Positions 39,563 through 48,644 of a stretch of DNA of 64,000 nucleotides are shown piece by piece. The position numbers and the translations under genes were made by a program. Below the pieces are notes generated by a model. The model was not told the DNA's origin. It did no database searches and saw only the letters and a list, made by a program, of their open reading frames with translations. The DNA comes from an uncultured Pseudomonadales bacterium (lineage in GTDB: Bacteria > Pseudomonadota > Gammaproteobacteria > Pseudomonadales > Balneatricaceae), in assembly GCA_938084925.1 (NCBI GenBank), contig CALKFY010000048.1, forward strand, positions 356 through 64,355. The letters run 5' to 3'. Numbering within the stretch: position 1 is the stretch's first letter; the number at the start of each line of letters is the position of its first letter.

Positions 39563-40135
39563 ATGCTAAAGCCTTTAATTAAAACTGTAATTGCCGGCAT
39601 AAGCCTGAGCTTTATAGTTGCATGTACACCGGCCAACTTAAGCAACGAGCCTTTAGAGGTGCACGAGGGCACTCGCAGCTTAGGCACGGTATACAATGAT
39701 CAGTTAACTGAAAACCTTGCCATCGACAGTATCCGCCGCTCCTCAGCACTACTGCGAGACGCGCACTTTAGTGTGGTATCGTTTAATGGTGTGGTACTAC
39801 TAACAGGGCAAGCCCCTAGCGAAGACACACGCGTTCTTGCAGGCGCCAAAGCACAACTAGTTCCCAACGTACGCAAGGTGCACAATGCCTTAACGATAGG
39901 CCCTGCGTCCAAGACAATGGTACGTGCCAATGACGCACTCATTACTGCCCAAGTTAAAGCCGCAATGATCGGCGAAACGCTATTTCCAGCTGCACGAGTG
40001 AAAGTCTTCACTGAAAGCGGTGTAGTCTACCTTATGGGCTTAGTCACGCAAGCAGAAGCTAAATGGTCGATCCAGGTAGCGAGCCGCGCCAAGGGCATCC
40101 AGAAAATAGTTAAAGTATTTGAGTATATTGATTGA
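39563..40135 (+). CDS. dolP: Dual-BON-domain lipoprotein DolP/YraP
   Basis: Lipobox IVAC, NGVVLLTGQ, DALITAQVK, VYLMGLVT, VKVFEYI. Confidence 0.88.
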   Translation: MLKPLIKTVIAGISLSFIVACTPANLSNEPLEVHEGTRSLGTVYNDQLTENLAIDSIRRSSALLRDAHFSVVSFNGVVLLTGQAPSEDTRVLAGAKAQLVPNVRKVHNALTIGPASKTMVRANDALITAQVKAAMIGETLFPAARVKVFTESGVVYLMGLVTQAEAKWSIQVASRAKGIQKIVKVFEYID

Positions 40136-40146
40136 GCTACTAAGTA

Positions 40147-40247
40147 GTACATCTTGTACATCGCCGCTCCTTGACGTCCTGTCACCGCGGCAGAGCCGGC
40201 CCCATGAGCGCAGTGAATGTTTTGGGTCTACCGTACATCCTGTACAT
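40147..40247. repeat. Small element bounded by GTACATCYTGTACAT direct repeats
   Basis: GTACATCTTGTACAT 40147-40161 and GTACATCCTGTACAT 40233-40247, internal TGACGTCCTGTCA. Confidence 0.6.
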
Positions 40248-40286
40248 AAAAAAGGGTTAGATGTTTTGCATCTAACCCTTTTATTT
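40248..40286. terminator. Bidirectional intrinsic terminator between dolP and sspB
   Basis: AAAAGGGTTAGATG-ttttg-CATCTAACCCTTTT, 14-bp stem. Confidence 0.82.
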
Positions 40287-40698
40287 ACTTGACTACTTTT
40301 AAGGTTGGCCTGCCTGCTGGCTTACTTGGCTTGTCGTCAACTTCCTTGAGCGGTGGCGATGGCGTCTCAGGATCAGGGATACCAGGCTCGAAACCAAATC
40401 CCATGCCCTGACCCGACTCTTTGGCATAAATAGCCTTGACGGCCAATACAGGCACGTAAACCTGCATAGGCACACCACCAAAGCGCGCACTAAAGCTTAC
40501 CGCCTCGTCAGCCAAGTCCAACGCTTGCACTGCCGACGGACCCACATTCAGTATAATTTGACCATCAGCAACAAATTGCTCGGGCACCATCACATTCTGA
40601 ATAGTGGCATCCACTACCAAATAAGGCACATCGTCGTTGTCCAGAATCCACTCATACAGAGCCCTAATCAAATAAGGGCGACTTGGTGTAATGGACAT
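40285..40698 (-). CDS. sspB: ClpXP adaptor SspB
   Basis: RPYLIRALYEWILDN, ARFGG, C-terminal RPTLKVVK. Confidence 0.97.
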   Translation of the reverse strand: MSITPSRPYLIRALYEWILDNDDVPYLVVDATIQNVMVPEQFVADGQIILNVGPSAVQALDLADEAVSFSARFGGVPMQVYVPVLAVKAIYAKESGQGMGFGFEPGIPDPETPSPPLKEVDDKPSKPAGRPTLKVVK

Positions 40699-40709
40699 AA
40701 AACTATTCC

Positions 40710-41339
40710 TTACAGACGAATTTCACGTTCAGTTTCAGACAAGCTCTCTTGGAAACCTTCACGTTCAAACAAACGTTCCATGTATTCCAGCATTGGCGCA
40801 GCTTGTTGCTCAGGCAACTCAATACCCAACTGCGGCAAACGCCACAAGATTGGTGCAATGCAGCAATCAACCAAAGTAAACTCTTCACTCATGAAGAAGT
40901 CTTTTTCGCCAAAAATTGGTGCTGTAGCAATCAAGCTATCGCTCAATTCTTGCTGAGCTGCTTCAACTTCAGCGTCATCTTCAGAGGTCATGATCAAGTC
41001 AGCCAGACGACACCAGTCACGTTCAATGCGGTACATGTACAAGCGGCTTTCAGCGCGCGCTACAGGATATACAGGCAACAGCGGTGGATGTGGGAAACGC
41101 TCATCAAGATACTCCATCATGACATTTGCTTCGTACAATACCAACTCACGGTCAACCAACGTAGGCAGGCTGTTATATGGGTTCAAATCAGCCAGATCTT
41201 CTGGTTTGTGATCTGCATCCACATCAATAATATCAACGGTGACGCCCTTCTCTGCCAATACAATGCGCACGCGATGACTATAGTGACTAGCGCCATCGGA
41301 GAAAAAGGTCATGGAAGATCGTTTAGCAACTACACCCAT
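40710..41339 (-). CDS. sspA: Stringent starvation protein A
   Basis: [35 protein letters not shown]. Confidence 0.98.
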   Translation of the reverse strand: MGVVAKRSSMTFFSDGASHYSHRVRIVLAEKGVTVDIIDVDADHKPEDLADLNPYNSLPTLVDRELVLYEANVMMEYLDERFPHPPLLPVYPVARAESRLYMYRIERDWCRLADLIMTSEDDAEVEAAQQELSDSLIATAPIFGEKDFFMSEEFTLVDCCIAPILWRLPQLGIELPEQQAAPMLEYMERLFEREGFQESLSETEREIRL

Positions 41340-41464
41340 TGGGTTTCACCTCAAAAAATTATAAAAAAAACGGTTATCTTGCAAACCAGTACGCGACCCA
41401 AGCTCAAATCTCTCTGAACTTAAAGGTCGCGTTATCAATACGGTCTAGCTCATGGCAACGAATA

Positions 41465-41473
41465 ATTATACCA
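41465..41473 (-). promoter_or_regulatory. Extended -10 element for sspAB
   Basis: TGGTATAAT on the minus strand. Confidence 0.55.
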
Positions 41474-41534
41474 CGGACTCTTAAAAGCTTAGCAAGCCTG
41501 CCTAGGCAAGGCAGAGATAAACTTCAAAAACTTT

Positions 41535-41580
41535 GTAGATCGCACTTCCGTCCGTCTTGTCGGGCTAAAGCCCGATCTAC
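41535..41580. repeat. GTAG-type REP doublet
   Basis: GTAGATCGCACTTCCGTCCGTC-TT-GTCGGGCTAAAGCCCGATCTAC. Confidence 0.75.
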
Positions 41581-41636
41581 AGTAATAGCATTTTCCAATT
41601 CATCTCTAACGCCGCATAGGCAAAGCGCAGCAGCTC

Positions 41637-42422
41637 TTAGTGGATGTCGCGCCAGAATTCCTTATACAAGAAGTAGAAAATCAAAGTCATAAACAGTAAG
41701 AAAATAATTACTTTAATACCCAGAGAATGACTATCTTGTAGGTAAGGCTTGGACATGTAAGCTAGGAAATTGGTCAAGTCATAAGCAGCTTGATCAAATT
41801 CAGCTTGATCCATAGTACCGGTACCAGCATCAACTACCAAGATATCACACTTTTGTGTGGTCATTGCTTGGCCCGTAAGGGTGTCGATTACAGGGTCGCC
41901 ACTGGCATCCATTTTAGGTACTTGACCACAAGCCTTACGCTGAACACCTTGCACTTCTGCCATTACGTTAGGCATACCAACACTTGGGAATACTACGTTG
42001 TTAACACCGTATGGACGGCTTTCGTCAACGTAGAAGCTACGTAGGTATGTGTATACCCAGTCGGCGCCACGTAGGTTAACTTCGTTAGTTAAATCTGGTG
42101 GTGGTGCACCAAACCAAGCTTTGGCTTGATCTGGGTTCATGGCATTAGTCATTTGCTCGCCAACCTTTTGATCAGAATGCACTAGGTGCTCTGTCATTAG
42201 GTCTACAGGAATCTGTAGGTCAGTAGCAGCACGCTCATAGCGCTGATACTGGGCAGAGTGACAACCTAAGCAGTAGTTCACATACAACTGCATACCGCGC
42301 TGTAGAGACTGCTGGTTAGTGGCGTCTACCTTAATGTGATCTAGAGGAACACTTGGACCACCAGCAGCGCTAGCGAATACAGGTGCCAACAACATCGCAC
42401 CAATCATAATTAGCTTTTTCAT
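41637..42422 (-). CDS. petC: Cytochrome c1
   Basis: Signal peptide, CLGCH heme motif, PPDL, VGMP, C-terminal TM helix. Confidence 0.97.
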   Translation of the reverse strand: MKKLIMIGAMLLAPVFASAAGGPSVPLDHIKVDATNQQSLQRGMQLYVNYCLGCHSAQYQRYERAATDLQIPVDLMTEHLVHSDQKVGEQMTNAMNPDQAKAWFGAPPPDLTNEVNLRGADWVYTYLRSFYVDESRPYGVNNVVFPSVGMPNVMAEVQGVQRKACGQVPKMDASGDPVIDTLTGQAMTTQKCDILVVDAGTGTMDQAEFDQAAYDLTNFLAYMSKPYLQDSHSLGIKVIIFLLFMTLIFYFLYKEFWRDIH

Positions 42423-43684
42423 TAGTCTGTCACCCTCTCTGGTACAGGCTTAGTGGACTCCATACGCGTGTAGAAAGGCATAAGGAAGAAGTAAGCAAAG
42501 TACAAAGCTGTACACAACTGAGCTACTGCTGTACGACCCGGTGTCGCAGCAACCGTACCCAAGTAACCTAGAATCACAAAGCTGATAACAAAAATAGCCA
42601 ACCAAATACGGCTCAACCAACCTTTGTAACGCATGGACTTAACAGGACTACGGTCCAACCAAGGCACCACAAATAGGACAGCAATAGCTGCACCCATGGC
42701 AACAACACCTAAGAACTTAGCATCCAAACCAAACAAGGAGAATGTAATGGCTCGCAAAATGGAGTAGTAAGGAGTGAAGTACCACACTGGTGCAATATGC
42801 TCCGGTGTCTTCAACGGGTTAGCAGGCTCGTAGTTGGGCTTCTCAATGAAGTAACCGCCACCTTCTGGGAAGAAGAAGATGATTAAGCAGAATACAACTA
42901 GGAAGATACCTACAGCTACTAGATCTTTAATTACTAGATAAGGCCAGAACGCAACACCATCAATTGGCTTGCCATTTTCGTCCTTGTTCTTTTCAATTTC
43001 GATGCCGTCTGGGTTGCTAGAACCAACGTCGTGTAGCGCTAGGATGTGTAGTACAACCAAAGCTAGGATCACGATTGGTAGAGCAATAACGTGCAAGGAG
43101 AAGAAACGGTTTAGAGTGATACCAGAAATCAGGAAGTCACCACGTACCCAGGTCATTAGATCGTCACCGATAACTGGAATTGCACCAGCTAGGGACAAGA
43201 TAACCTGTGCACCCCAGTAAGACATCTGCCCCCATGGTAGCAAGTAACCGAAGAAACCTTCAGCCATCAATGCTAGGTAGATAGCCATACCGAACAACCA
43301 AATCAATTCACGAGGTTTCTGGTAAGAACCGTACATTAGGCCACGGAACATGTGCAGATAAACCACTATGAAGAAGGCCGAAGCACCGGAAGAGTGCATG
43401 TAACGAATGATCCAACCCATTTCTACATCACGCATGATGTATTCAACGGATGCAAACGCACCTTCTGCAGAAGGCTCGTAAGACATAGTTAGCCAAATAC
43501 CTGTTAGGATCTGGTTCACTAGAACTAGTAGGGAAAGAACACCAAATACGTACCAAAAGTTGGCTGGTGCAGCATAGTACTTAGACATATGCTCTTGCCA
43601 CATTTGCGTTGCAGGGAATCGATCATCGATCCAACGCATGATGCCACTTTCGGCCTTAGGGCGATTAGGATTACCGACAGCCAT
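42422..43684 (-). CDS. petB: Cytochrome b
   Basis: RYMHSSGAS, LHMFRG, PWGQMSYWG, FFSLHV, PVWY. Confidence 0.98.
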   Translation of the reverse strand: MAVGNPNRPKAESGIMRWIDDRFPATQMWQEHMSKYYAAPANFWYVFGVLSLLVLVNQILTGIWLTMSYEPSAEGAFASVEYIMRDVEMGWIIRYMHSSGASAFFIVVYLHMFRGLMYGSYQKPRELIWLFGMAIYLALMAEGFFGYLLPWGQMSYWGAQVILSLAGAIPVIGDDLMTWVRGDFLISGITLNRFFSLHVIALPIVILALVVLHILALHDVGSSNPDGIEIEKNKDENGKPIDGVAFWPYLVIKDLVAVGIFLVVFCLIIFFFPEGGGYFIEKPNYEPANPLKTPEHIAPVWYFTPYYSILRAITFSLFGLDAKFLGVVAMGAAIAVLFVVPWLDRSPVKSMRYKGWLSRIWLAIFVISFVILGYLGTVAATPGRTAVAQLCTALYFAYFFLMPFYTRMESTKPVPERVTD

Positions 43685-44280
43685 TATGCATTACCTCCGT
43701 CTTCACCAATTACGATTACGTTGTCGTCAACGTAGTAGTGAGGTGGGATTTCCAAGTTAGTTGGAGCTGGCTTGCTCTTGTATACACGGCCAGACAAATC
43801 GAAAGTAGAACCGTGACATGGGCAGTAGAAACCACCTTTCCAATCGGCACCCAAGTCAGCTGGGGCAATTTCTGGACGGTAAGTTGGTGAGCAACCCAAG
43901 TGGGTGCAGATACCAATCATTACCATGTATTCGTCACGCATAGAGCGCACAGAAGTACCAGGAACATATCCAGGTTGCTTGGACTTTACTGATTCAGGGT
44001 CAGCCAAGCTACCGTTTAGGGTTTCTAGGTTAGCCAGTGCTTCAGCTGTACGACGCACAACCCATACAGGTTTGCCACGCCATTCAACGATCATCTGGGC
44101 ACCAGGCTCCAGCTTACTGATATCCGCCTTTACCGGTGCACCGGCTGCTTTAGCTTTTGCACTCGGATTCCAGGAGGCTACAAAAGGAACTGCCGCACCT
44201 ACTGCACCAACAGCACCCACAGCAGTGGATGCGCCGACTAGCAAGCGACGACGACCTTTGTTTACGCCATCATTACTCAT
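43684..44280 (-). CDS. petA: Rieske iron-sulfur subunit
   Basis: RRRLL Tat motif, CTHLGC, CPCHGS. Confidence 0.98.
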   Translation of the reverse strand: MSNDGVNKGRRRLLVGASTAVGAVGAVGAAVPFVASWNPSAKAKAAGAPVKADISKLEPGAQMIVEWRGKPVWVVRRTAEALANLETLNGSLADPESVKSKQPGYVPGTSVRSMRDEYMVMIGICTHLGCSPTYRPEIAPADLGADWKGGFYCPCHGSTFDLSGRVYKSKPAPTNLEIPPHYYVDDNVIVIGEDGGNA

Positions 44281-44380
44281 TCAATTATTCTCCAGCAAGT
44301 GTCGTCTTTTGATTTTCATCAGCAGACTATAAAACTTGTTCTTTCGAGGTGTTATAAAGGGCCTAAATTTACCAGCGCAT

Positions 44381-44409
44381 ATGTTAAAGGAAAGCCCCTA
44401 AATAGACAA
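44381..44409 (-). promoter_or_regulatory. Candidate sigma-70 promoter for petABC
   Basis: TTGTCT-N17-TAACAT. Confidence 0.45.
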
Positions 44410-44461
44410 GGCAAATAGCCCTATGTTTAGTGCGACAAAAGGCTTAATTGAGCATAATCAG

Positions 44462-44507
44462 GTAGGTCGGAATTTATTCCGACATGTCGGGTTAAAACCC
44501 GACCTAC
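44462..44507. repeat. GTAG-type REP doublet
   Basis: GTAGGTCGGAATTTATTCCGAC-AT-GTCGGGTTAAAACCCGACCTAC; each half is a GTAG tag plus hairpin. Confidence 0.85.
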
Positions 44508-44522
44508 AAAAAAGCAAACGCC

Positions 44523-44582
44523 AACCCCAAAAACACAAACCCCAAAAACACAAACCCCAAAAACACAAACCCCAAAAACGCA
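44523..44582. repeat. 15-bp tandem repeat, four copies
   Basis: AACCCCAAAAACACA x3 plus AACCCCAAAAACGCA. Confidence 0.92.
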
Positions 44583-44607
44583 AAAACCCAGCACAAGGCT
44601 GGGTTTT
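44582..44607 (-). terminator. Intrinsic terminator of rplM-rpsI
   Basis: Minus strand AAAACCCAGC-cttgt-GCTGGGTTTTT. Confidence 0.8.
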
Positions 44608-44624
44608 GATATTCTTCCGTAAGC

Positions 44625-45017
44625 TTAACGCTTGGAGAACTGAGGCTTCTTACGTGCTTTACGTAGACCAACCTTCTTACGCTCAACTTCACGCGCATCA
44701 CGGGTAACAAAACCAGCGGCACGTAGTGTAGGACGTAGAGTTTCATCGTATTCCATCAATGCACGAGTGATACCGTGACGGATAGCACCGGCTTGACCGA
44801 AACCACCACCGCCAGCAACAGTGATTTTAACGTCAAACTTCTCAGCATTTTCAGTCAACTCAAGAGGCTGACGCACGATCATGCGCGCAGTCTCACGACC
44901 GAAATATACGTCGATGGAACGATTATTAATAGAGATATTGCCTGTACCAGGAGTCAGGAATACACGAGCAGTAGAGGTCTTGCGACGACCAGTACCATAG
45001 TATTGAGTAGCTGCCAT
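44625..45017 (-). CDS. rpsI: 30S ribosomal protein S9
   Basis: [40 protein letters not shown]. Confidence 0.99.
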   Translation of the reverse strand: MAATQYYGTGRRKTSTARVFLTPGTGNISINNRSIDVYFGRETARMIVRQPLELTENAEKFDVKITVAGGGGFGQAGAIRHGITRALMEYDETLRPTLRAAGFVTRDAREVERKKVGLRKARKKPQFSKR

Positions 45018-45027
45018 GATATTTTCC

Positions 45028-45456
45028 TTACAAGGTCAGTTCTTGAGGCTGTTGCGCCTGATGTGGATGCTCGTTACCAGCGTATACCTTCAACTTGGTG
45101 TACATGGCACGACCCAGAGGGCCCTTTGGTAGCATACCTTTAACGGCGAACTCAATAGTACGCTCAGGAGCATGATCAACCATCTTCTCAAAGGACATAG
45201 AACGTAAACCACCTGGGTAACCAGTGTGACGGTAGTACATCTTGTCTTGAGCTTTTTTACCAGTTACGTGTACTTTTTCGGCGTTTACTACAACAATGTA
45301 GTCACCAGTATCAACGTGAGGAGTGAATTCAGGCTTATGCTTGCCACGCAAACGGCGGGCGATTTCAGTTGCTAGACGGCCTAAGGTTTTACCTTCTGCG
45401 TCGACAACATACCAGTCACGAGTGACTTCGGCTGGTTTAGTACTTACGGTTTTCAT
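45028..45456 (-). CDS. rplM: 50S ribosomal protein L13
   Basis: [33 protein letters not shown]. Confidence 0.99.
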   Translation of the reverse strand: MKTVSTKPAEVTRDWYVVDAEGKTLGRLATEIARRLRGKHKPEFTPHVDTGDYIVVVNAEKVHVTGKKAQDKMYYRHTGYPGGLRSMSFEKMVDHAPERTIEFAVKGMLPKGPLGRAMYTKLKVYAGNEHPHQAQQPQELTL

Positions 45457-45579
45457 ATTGATAACCTTCTCTTGGCGAATACAGGTCGGTAAACCCTATC
45501 GCACTTACCTATAATTATTGGTTACCAGCCTGCTGGATAGAGCAAAACCGATAACTTGATATACGCAGCAAAACTGCGA

Positions 45580-45614
45580 GGGCGAATTATAAAGGAAGTA
45601 GGACAGAAAAGGAA
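45580..45614 (-). promoter_or_regulatory. rplM promoter
   Basis: TTCCTT-N17-TATAAT-TCGCCC (GC-rich discriminator). Confidence 0.6.
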
Positions 45615-45664
45615 TAGTGATTTGGATCAATTACACAGGCCCACCGCGCCATTGCGAGCGACGT

Positions 45665-45812
45665 GAGTAAATTGAGTAAATTGGGGTCAGAGTAACAATA
45701 CCAAGAACAATAGTGATTTAAACCAATTGCCTTCTGGTATTGTTACTCTGACCCCAATTTACTCTGGTATTGTTACTCTGACCCCAATTTATCCTCTGAC
45801 CCCAATTTATCC
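45665..45812. repeat. Perfect 30-bp inverted repeat with tandemly duplicated arms (GGGGTCAGAGT tag)
   Basis: GAGTAAATTGGGGTCAGAGTAACAATACCA 45674-45703 / reverse complement 45735-45764, then arm copies 45765-45794 and 45795-45812. Confidence 0.9.
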
Positions 45813-45858
45813 AGGTCACACTTTAGTCCGACAAAAATTGGACTAAAGCCTGACTTAC
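45813..45858. repeat. Degenerate, left-truncated GTAG-type REP doublet
   Basis: AGGTCACACTTTAGTCCGAC-aaaaa-TTGGACTAAAGCCTGACTTAC, resembling 41535 and 44462. Confidence 0.6.
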
Positions 45859-45860
45859 GA

Positions 45861-46358
45861 TTAGCTCAAACCACCGGGCTTAACAGGGATATCATACTGC
45901 GGACGATCAACTGCCTCTTGCCCTTCGCGCAAGCCGTAGCGCTCATCCAATGTACCATGCTCAGAATCCGGTGTCTTAGGCGCATAGTCCATCGGTGGAC
46001 GCACCATTACTTGCGGCTCTTGCTCAGCGACTACACGTTGATTTTGATTATCCAAGGCCAGCAAGCTTTCTACGGTATCTGGATCGTCACACAAGACCCT
46101 AGCGCCTTTGCTTAACTCAACATGCACCTTGCGATAGCTGTCAGTCATGGCATTAACCGCTGCTGCTGTATCAGCAAAATGCAAGGCAACCTTTTCCTTA
46201 TATTCCGCCAACTCTGCTTGTGCAGCCGCTAGTTGCTCGGTCAACTGATGCTGTACCTTCATGTCAGTATTGTTATTGCGACCTACAACAAAACCAATGG
46301 CCAAACCCAATAACAAAATTACCAACCAAAAAAACCAGTCGTTGCCCAACAATTCCAC
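45861..46358 (-). CDS. zapG: YhcB/ZapG (DUF1043) family protein
   Basis: N-terminal TM helix, coiled coil, HFADTA...YRKVH, PPMDYA; divergent from zapE near rplM. Confidence 0.88.
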   Translation of the reverse strand: MELLGNDWFFWLVILLLGLAIGFVVGRNNNTDMKVQHQLTEQLAAAQAELAEYKEKVALHFADTAAAVNAMTDSYRKVHVELSKGARVLCDDPDTVESLLALDNQNQRVVAEQEPQVMVRPPMDYAPKTPDSEHGTLDERYGLREGQEAVDRPQYDIPVKPGGLS

Positions 46359-46455
46359 ATCTATCTCCTACGGACCTAGCACTACTTTAACCCTGCTTAT
46401 ATTACAGAGCAATGAATACCCATTGTAATGAAAAATAACAATTAAACCAGCGCCT

Positions 46456-46471
46456 TGTGATAGATATCACC
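46456..46471. promoter_or_regulatory. CRP/Vfr-like site between divergent zapG and zapE
   Basis: TGTGA-tagata-TCACC, 9 of 10 matches to TGTGA-N6-TCACA. Confidence 0.4.
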
Positions 46472-46593
46472 TCCTATAGCAGTTTTTTTATTTATATCCA
46501 TTATGTGACCCCGTGTAGATCATGAAAAACACTATCACTGATGGTAAAATGCAACCAACTTAGTCATCGATTACACCTAAACAGAGCTCTTTC

Positions 46594-47694
46594 ATGGATA
46601 CGCCACTTTCTCGCTACCAAGCAGACCAGGCCCTGCCTGAATTTAGCCATGACCCGGCCCAAGCCAATGCAATTACACACCTACAACGCTTATTTGAAGA
46701 GCTACAGGCCCCCGCACCTAAGCAAAAGCGCTTAAAGCGCATATTTGGCCGCAACCAAACCGCTGCTCGCCCACAAGGTTTGTATTTTTGGGGTGGCGTC
46801 GGCCGAGGCAAAACCTACCTCATGGATATTTTCTATGAATGCCTACCTATGCAAGCCAAACATCGCACTCACTTCCATCGTTTTATGCGCGATGTACACC
46901 AACGCTTAGACAGCTATAATGGCAGCAAGAATCCATTACTTAAAGTGGCCGACGACCTAGCAACCCAAGCTGAAGTCATCTGTTTTGATGAATTCTTTGT
47001 TACCGACATCACCGATGCCATGATCCTTGGCAGCCTGCTTGAAGCCCTCATGGAGCGTAACGTGGTGTTAGTAGCCACCTCTAACATCGAGCCGGCAAAA
47101 CTGTACGAAAACGGTTTGCAGCGCCAACGCTTTTTGCCAGCCATCAAGTTACTGGAAGAACGTACCGTGGTTGTCAACGTGGATGGCGGCACTGACTATC
47201 GCCTACGTAGCCTAGAACAAGCCGAGCTATATCACTACCCATTGGATGCGGAAGCCGACACAAGCCTAGAAACCAGCTTCTGTGCACTGTCGCCCATAGC
47301 CAACGAATGCCAAACCAATGGTGATCTAGACATCAACAAGCGTAGTTTTCATTACCGCAAGCAGTGTGAAGATATTATCTGGTTTGATTTTGCCGAACTG
47401 TGTGACAAGCCTCGATCACAAAACGACTACCTAGAAATCGCTAGCGAATACCACGCGATACTGATCAGCAACGTACCGCAAATGAGTCGCAACACGGACG
47501 ACCAAGGCCGCCGCTTTGTGAACCTAGTGGATGTTTGCTATGACGCCAACGTCAAGCTTATCATGTCGGCCGAAGTTAGCTTATTAGACCTTTATGCAGG
47601 CGGTGGCTTAGATTTTGTCTTCCAGCGCACCCTTAGCCGCTTGCAAGAAATGCAGTCTCACGAGTATCTAGCTCGTGGACACATTGCTACCTAG
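46594..47694 (+). CDS. zapE: Cell division ATPase ZapE (AFG1 family)
   Basis: GLYFWGGVGRGKTYLMD, CFDEFFV, ATSN, RTLSRLQEM. Confidence 0.96.
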   Translation: MDTPLSRYQADQALPEFSHDPAQANAITHLQRLFEELQAPAPKQKRLKRIFGRNQTAARPQGLYFWGGVGRGKTYLMDIFYECLPMQAKHRTHFHRFMRDVHQRLDSYNGSKNPLLKVADDLATQAEVICFDEFFVTDITDAMILGSLLEALMERNVVLVATSNIEPAKLYENGLQRQRFLPAIKLLEERTVVVNVDGGTDYRLRSLEQAELYHYPLDAEADTSLETSFCALSPIANECQTNGDLDINKRSFHYRKQCEDIIWFDFAELCDKPRSQNDYLEIASEYHAILISNVPQMSRNTDDQGRRFVNLVDVCYDANVKLIMSAEVSLLDLYAGGGLDFVFQRTLSRLQEMQSHEYLARGHIAT

Positions 47695-47711
47695 CTACAA
47701 TTTAAATAGAA

Positions 47712-47746
47712 GGGACTGGCACTTGCCTACAGCCAAAGCCAGCCCC
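47712..47746. repeat. Degenerate GGGACTGGC...GCCAGCCCC element of the 5586-5752 family
   Basis: gggactggcacttgcctacagccaaagccagcccc between convergent zapE and nif3. Confidence 0.5.
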
Positions 47747-47760
47747 AGAGATTTGCACAC

Positions 47761-48522
47761 TTAAGCTGGATTATCCAAATCCACAAACTCACAATCTAAT
47801 GCAAATTTTTCATTAAGATGCTGCGCCAGTGCCTGCACGCCACCCCGCTCGGTGGCATGATGGCCAGCTGCAAAATAATGAATGCCATTTTCTCGCGCCG
47901 TGTGCACGGTAGATTCTGAAATCTCGCCAGATACATAAGCATCAAGACCCAACTCAACAGCCTTGTCTATATATCCCTGCGCACCGCCTGTACACCAACC
48001 AATACGACGAATTGGACGATCATCAGGTGCCACATGCAAAACACTACGTCCCAGAGCCTCTTGCAACTGGTGCTGCACTTGCCCTCCACTTACTGACTCA
48101 GTCAACTCCCCCCACAACCCCAAGCCGGTAGGGCCATCGCCAGTTAAATAACCTGTCACAGGCCAGCCTAGCAACAACCCCAACTGAGGGTTATTACCCA
48201 ACTCAGCATGACAATCCAAAGGTAAGTGATAAGCCCAGAGATTGATATCATTCACCAACAAACTCTTTATACGTCGCTGCTTCATACCCACAATCGCTTC
48301 TGGCTCACTACGCCAAAAATAACCATGATGCACAATAATTGCTTGCGCTTCAACGCTCACTGCCTTATCAATTAACGCCTGACTAGCGGTAACACCCAAT
48401 ACTATTTTACTGACATTTTCAGCACCCTCTACCTGCAAACCATTGGGGCAATAGTCCTTAAATAGAGACACCTGTAAAAGCTGTTGTAAATAGTCATTGA
48501 GTTGCTGACGGGAGATAGCCAT
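47761..48522 (-). CDS. ybgI: Nif3-like dinuclear metal protein (YbgI/DUF34)
   Basis: DYCPNGLQVEG, VHHGYFW, YHLPLD, AGHHATE. Confidence 0.94.
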   Translation of the reverse strand: MAISRQQLNDYLQQLLQVSLFKDYCPNGLQVEGAENVSKIVLGVTASQALIDKAVSVEAQAIIVHHGYFWRSEPEAIVGMKQRRIKSLLVNDINLWAYHLPLDCHAELGNNPQLGLLLGWPVTGYLTGDGPTGLGLWGELTESVSGGQVQHQLQEALGRSVLHVAPDDRPIRRIGWCTGGAQGYIDKAVELGLDAYVSGEISESTVHTARENGIHYFAAGHHATERGGVQALAQHLNEKFALDCEFVDLDNPA

Positions 48523-48644
48523 AGTTAACCTTAAACATAGTCTTGATTATTACACTGAATAAAAGCCTGATATTTTGCCAAGCCGGTAATGAAAGTTTAA
48601 ACTAATAGCCCTACAACACCAACCACTAGCTAAGTACTCACTAG

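Noticed and set aside
40749-41417. 222-aa plus-strand ORF
   Set aside because: Antisense shadow of sspA
44423-44746. Opposing ORFs with QKHKP and FVFLG repeats
   Set aside because: Translations of the 15-bp tandem repeat, REP and terminator; both overlap rpsI
45617-45630. FNR/Anr-like TTGATccaaATCAC upstream of rplM
   Set aside because: Centred about 3 bp off the class II position and nearly duplicated inside the adjacent repeat loop, so not supportable as a regulator site
45735-45812. 30-bp direct repeats as a CRISPR array
   Set aside because: Copies are directly adjacent with no spacers, one copy is inverted, and there are no cas genes
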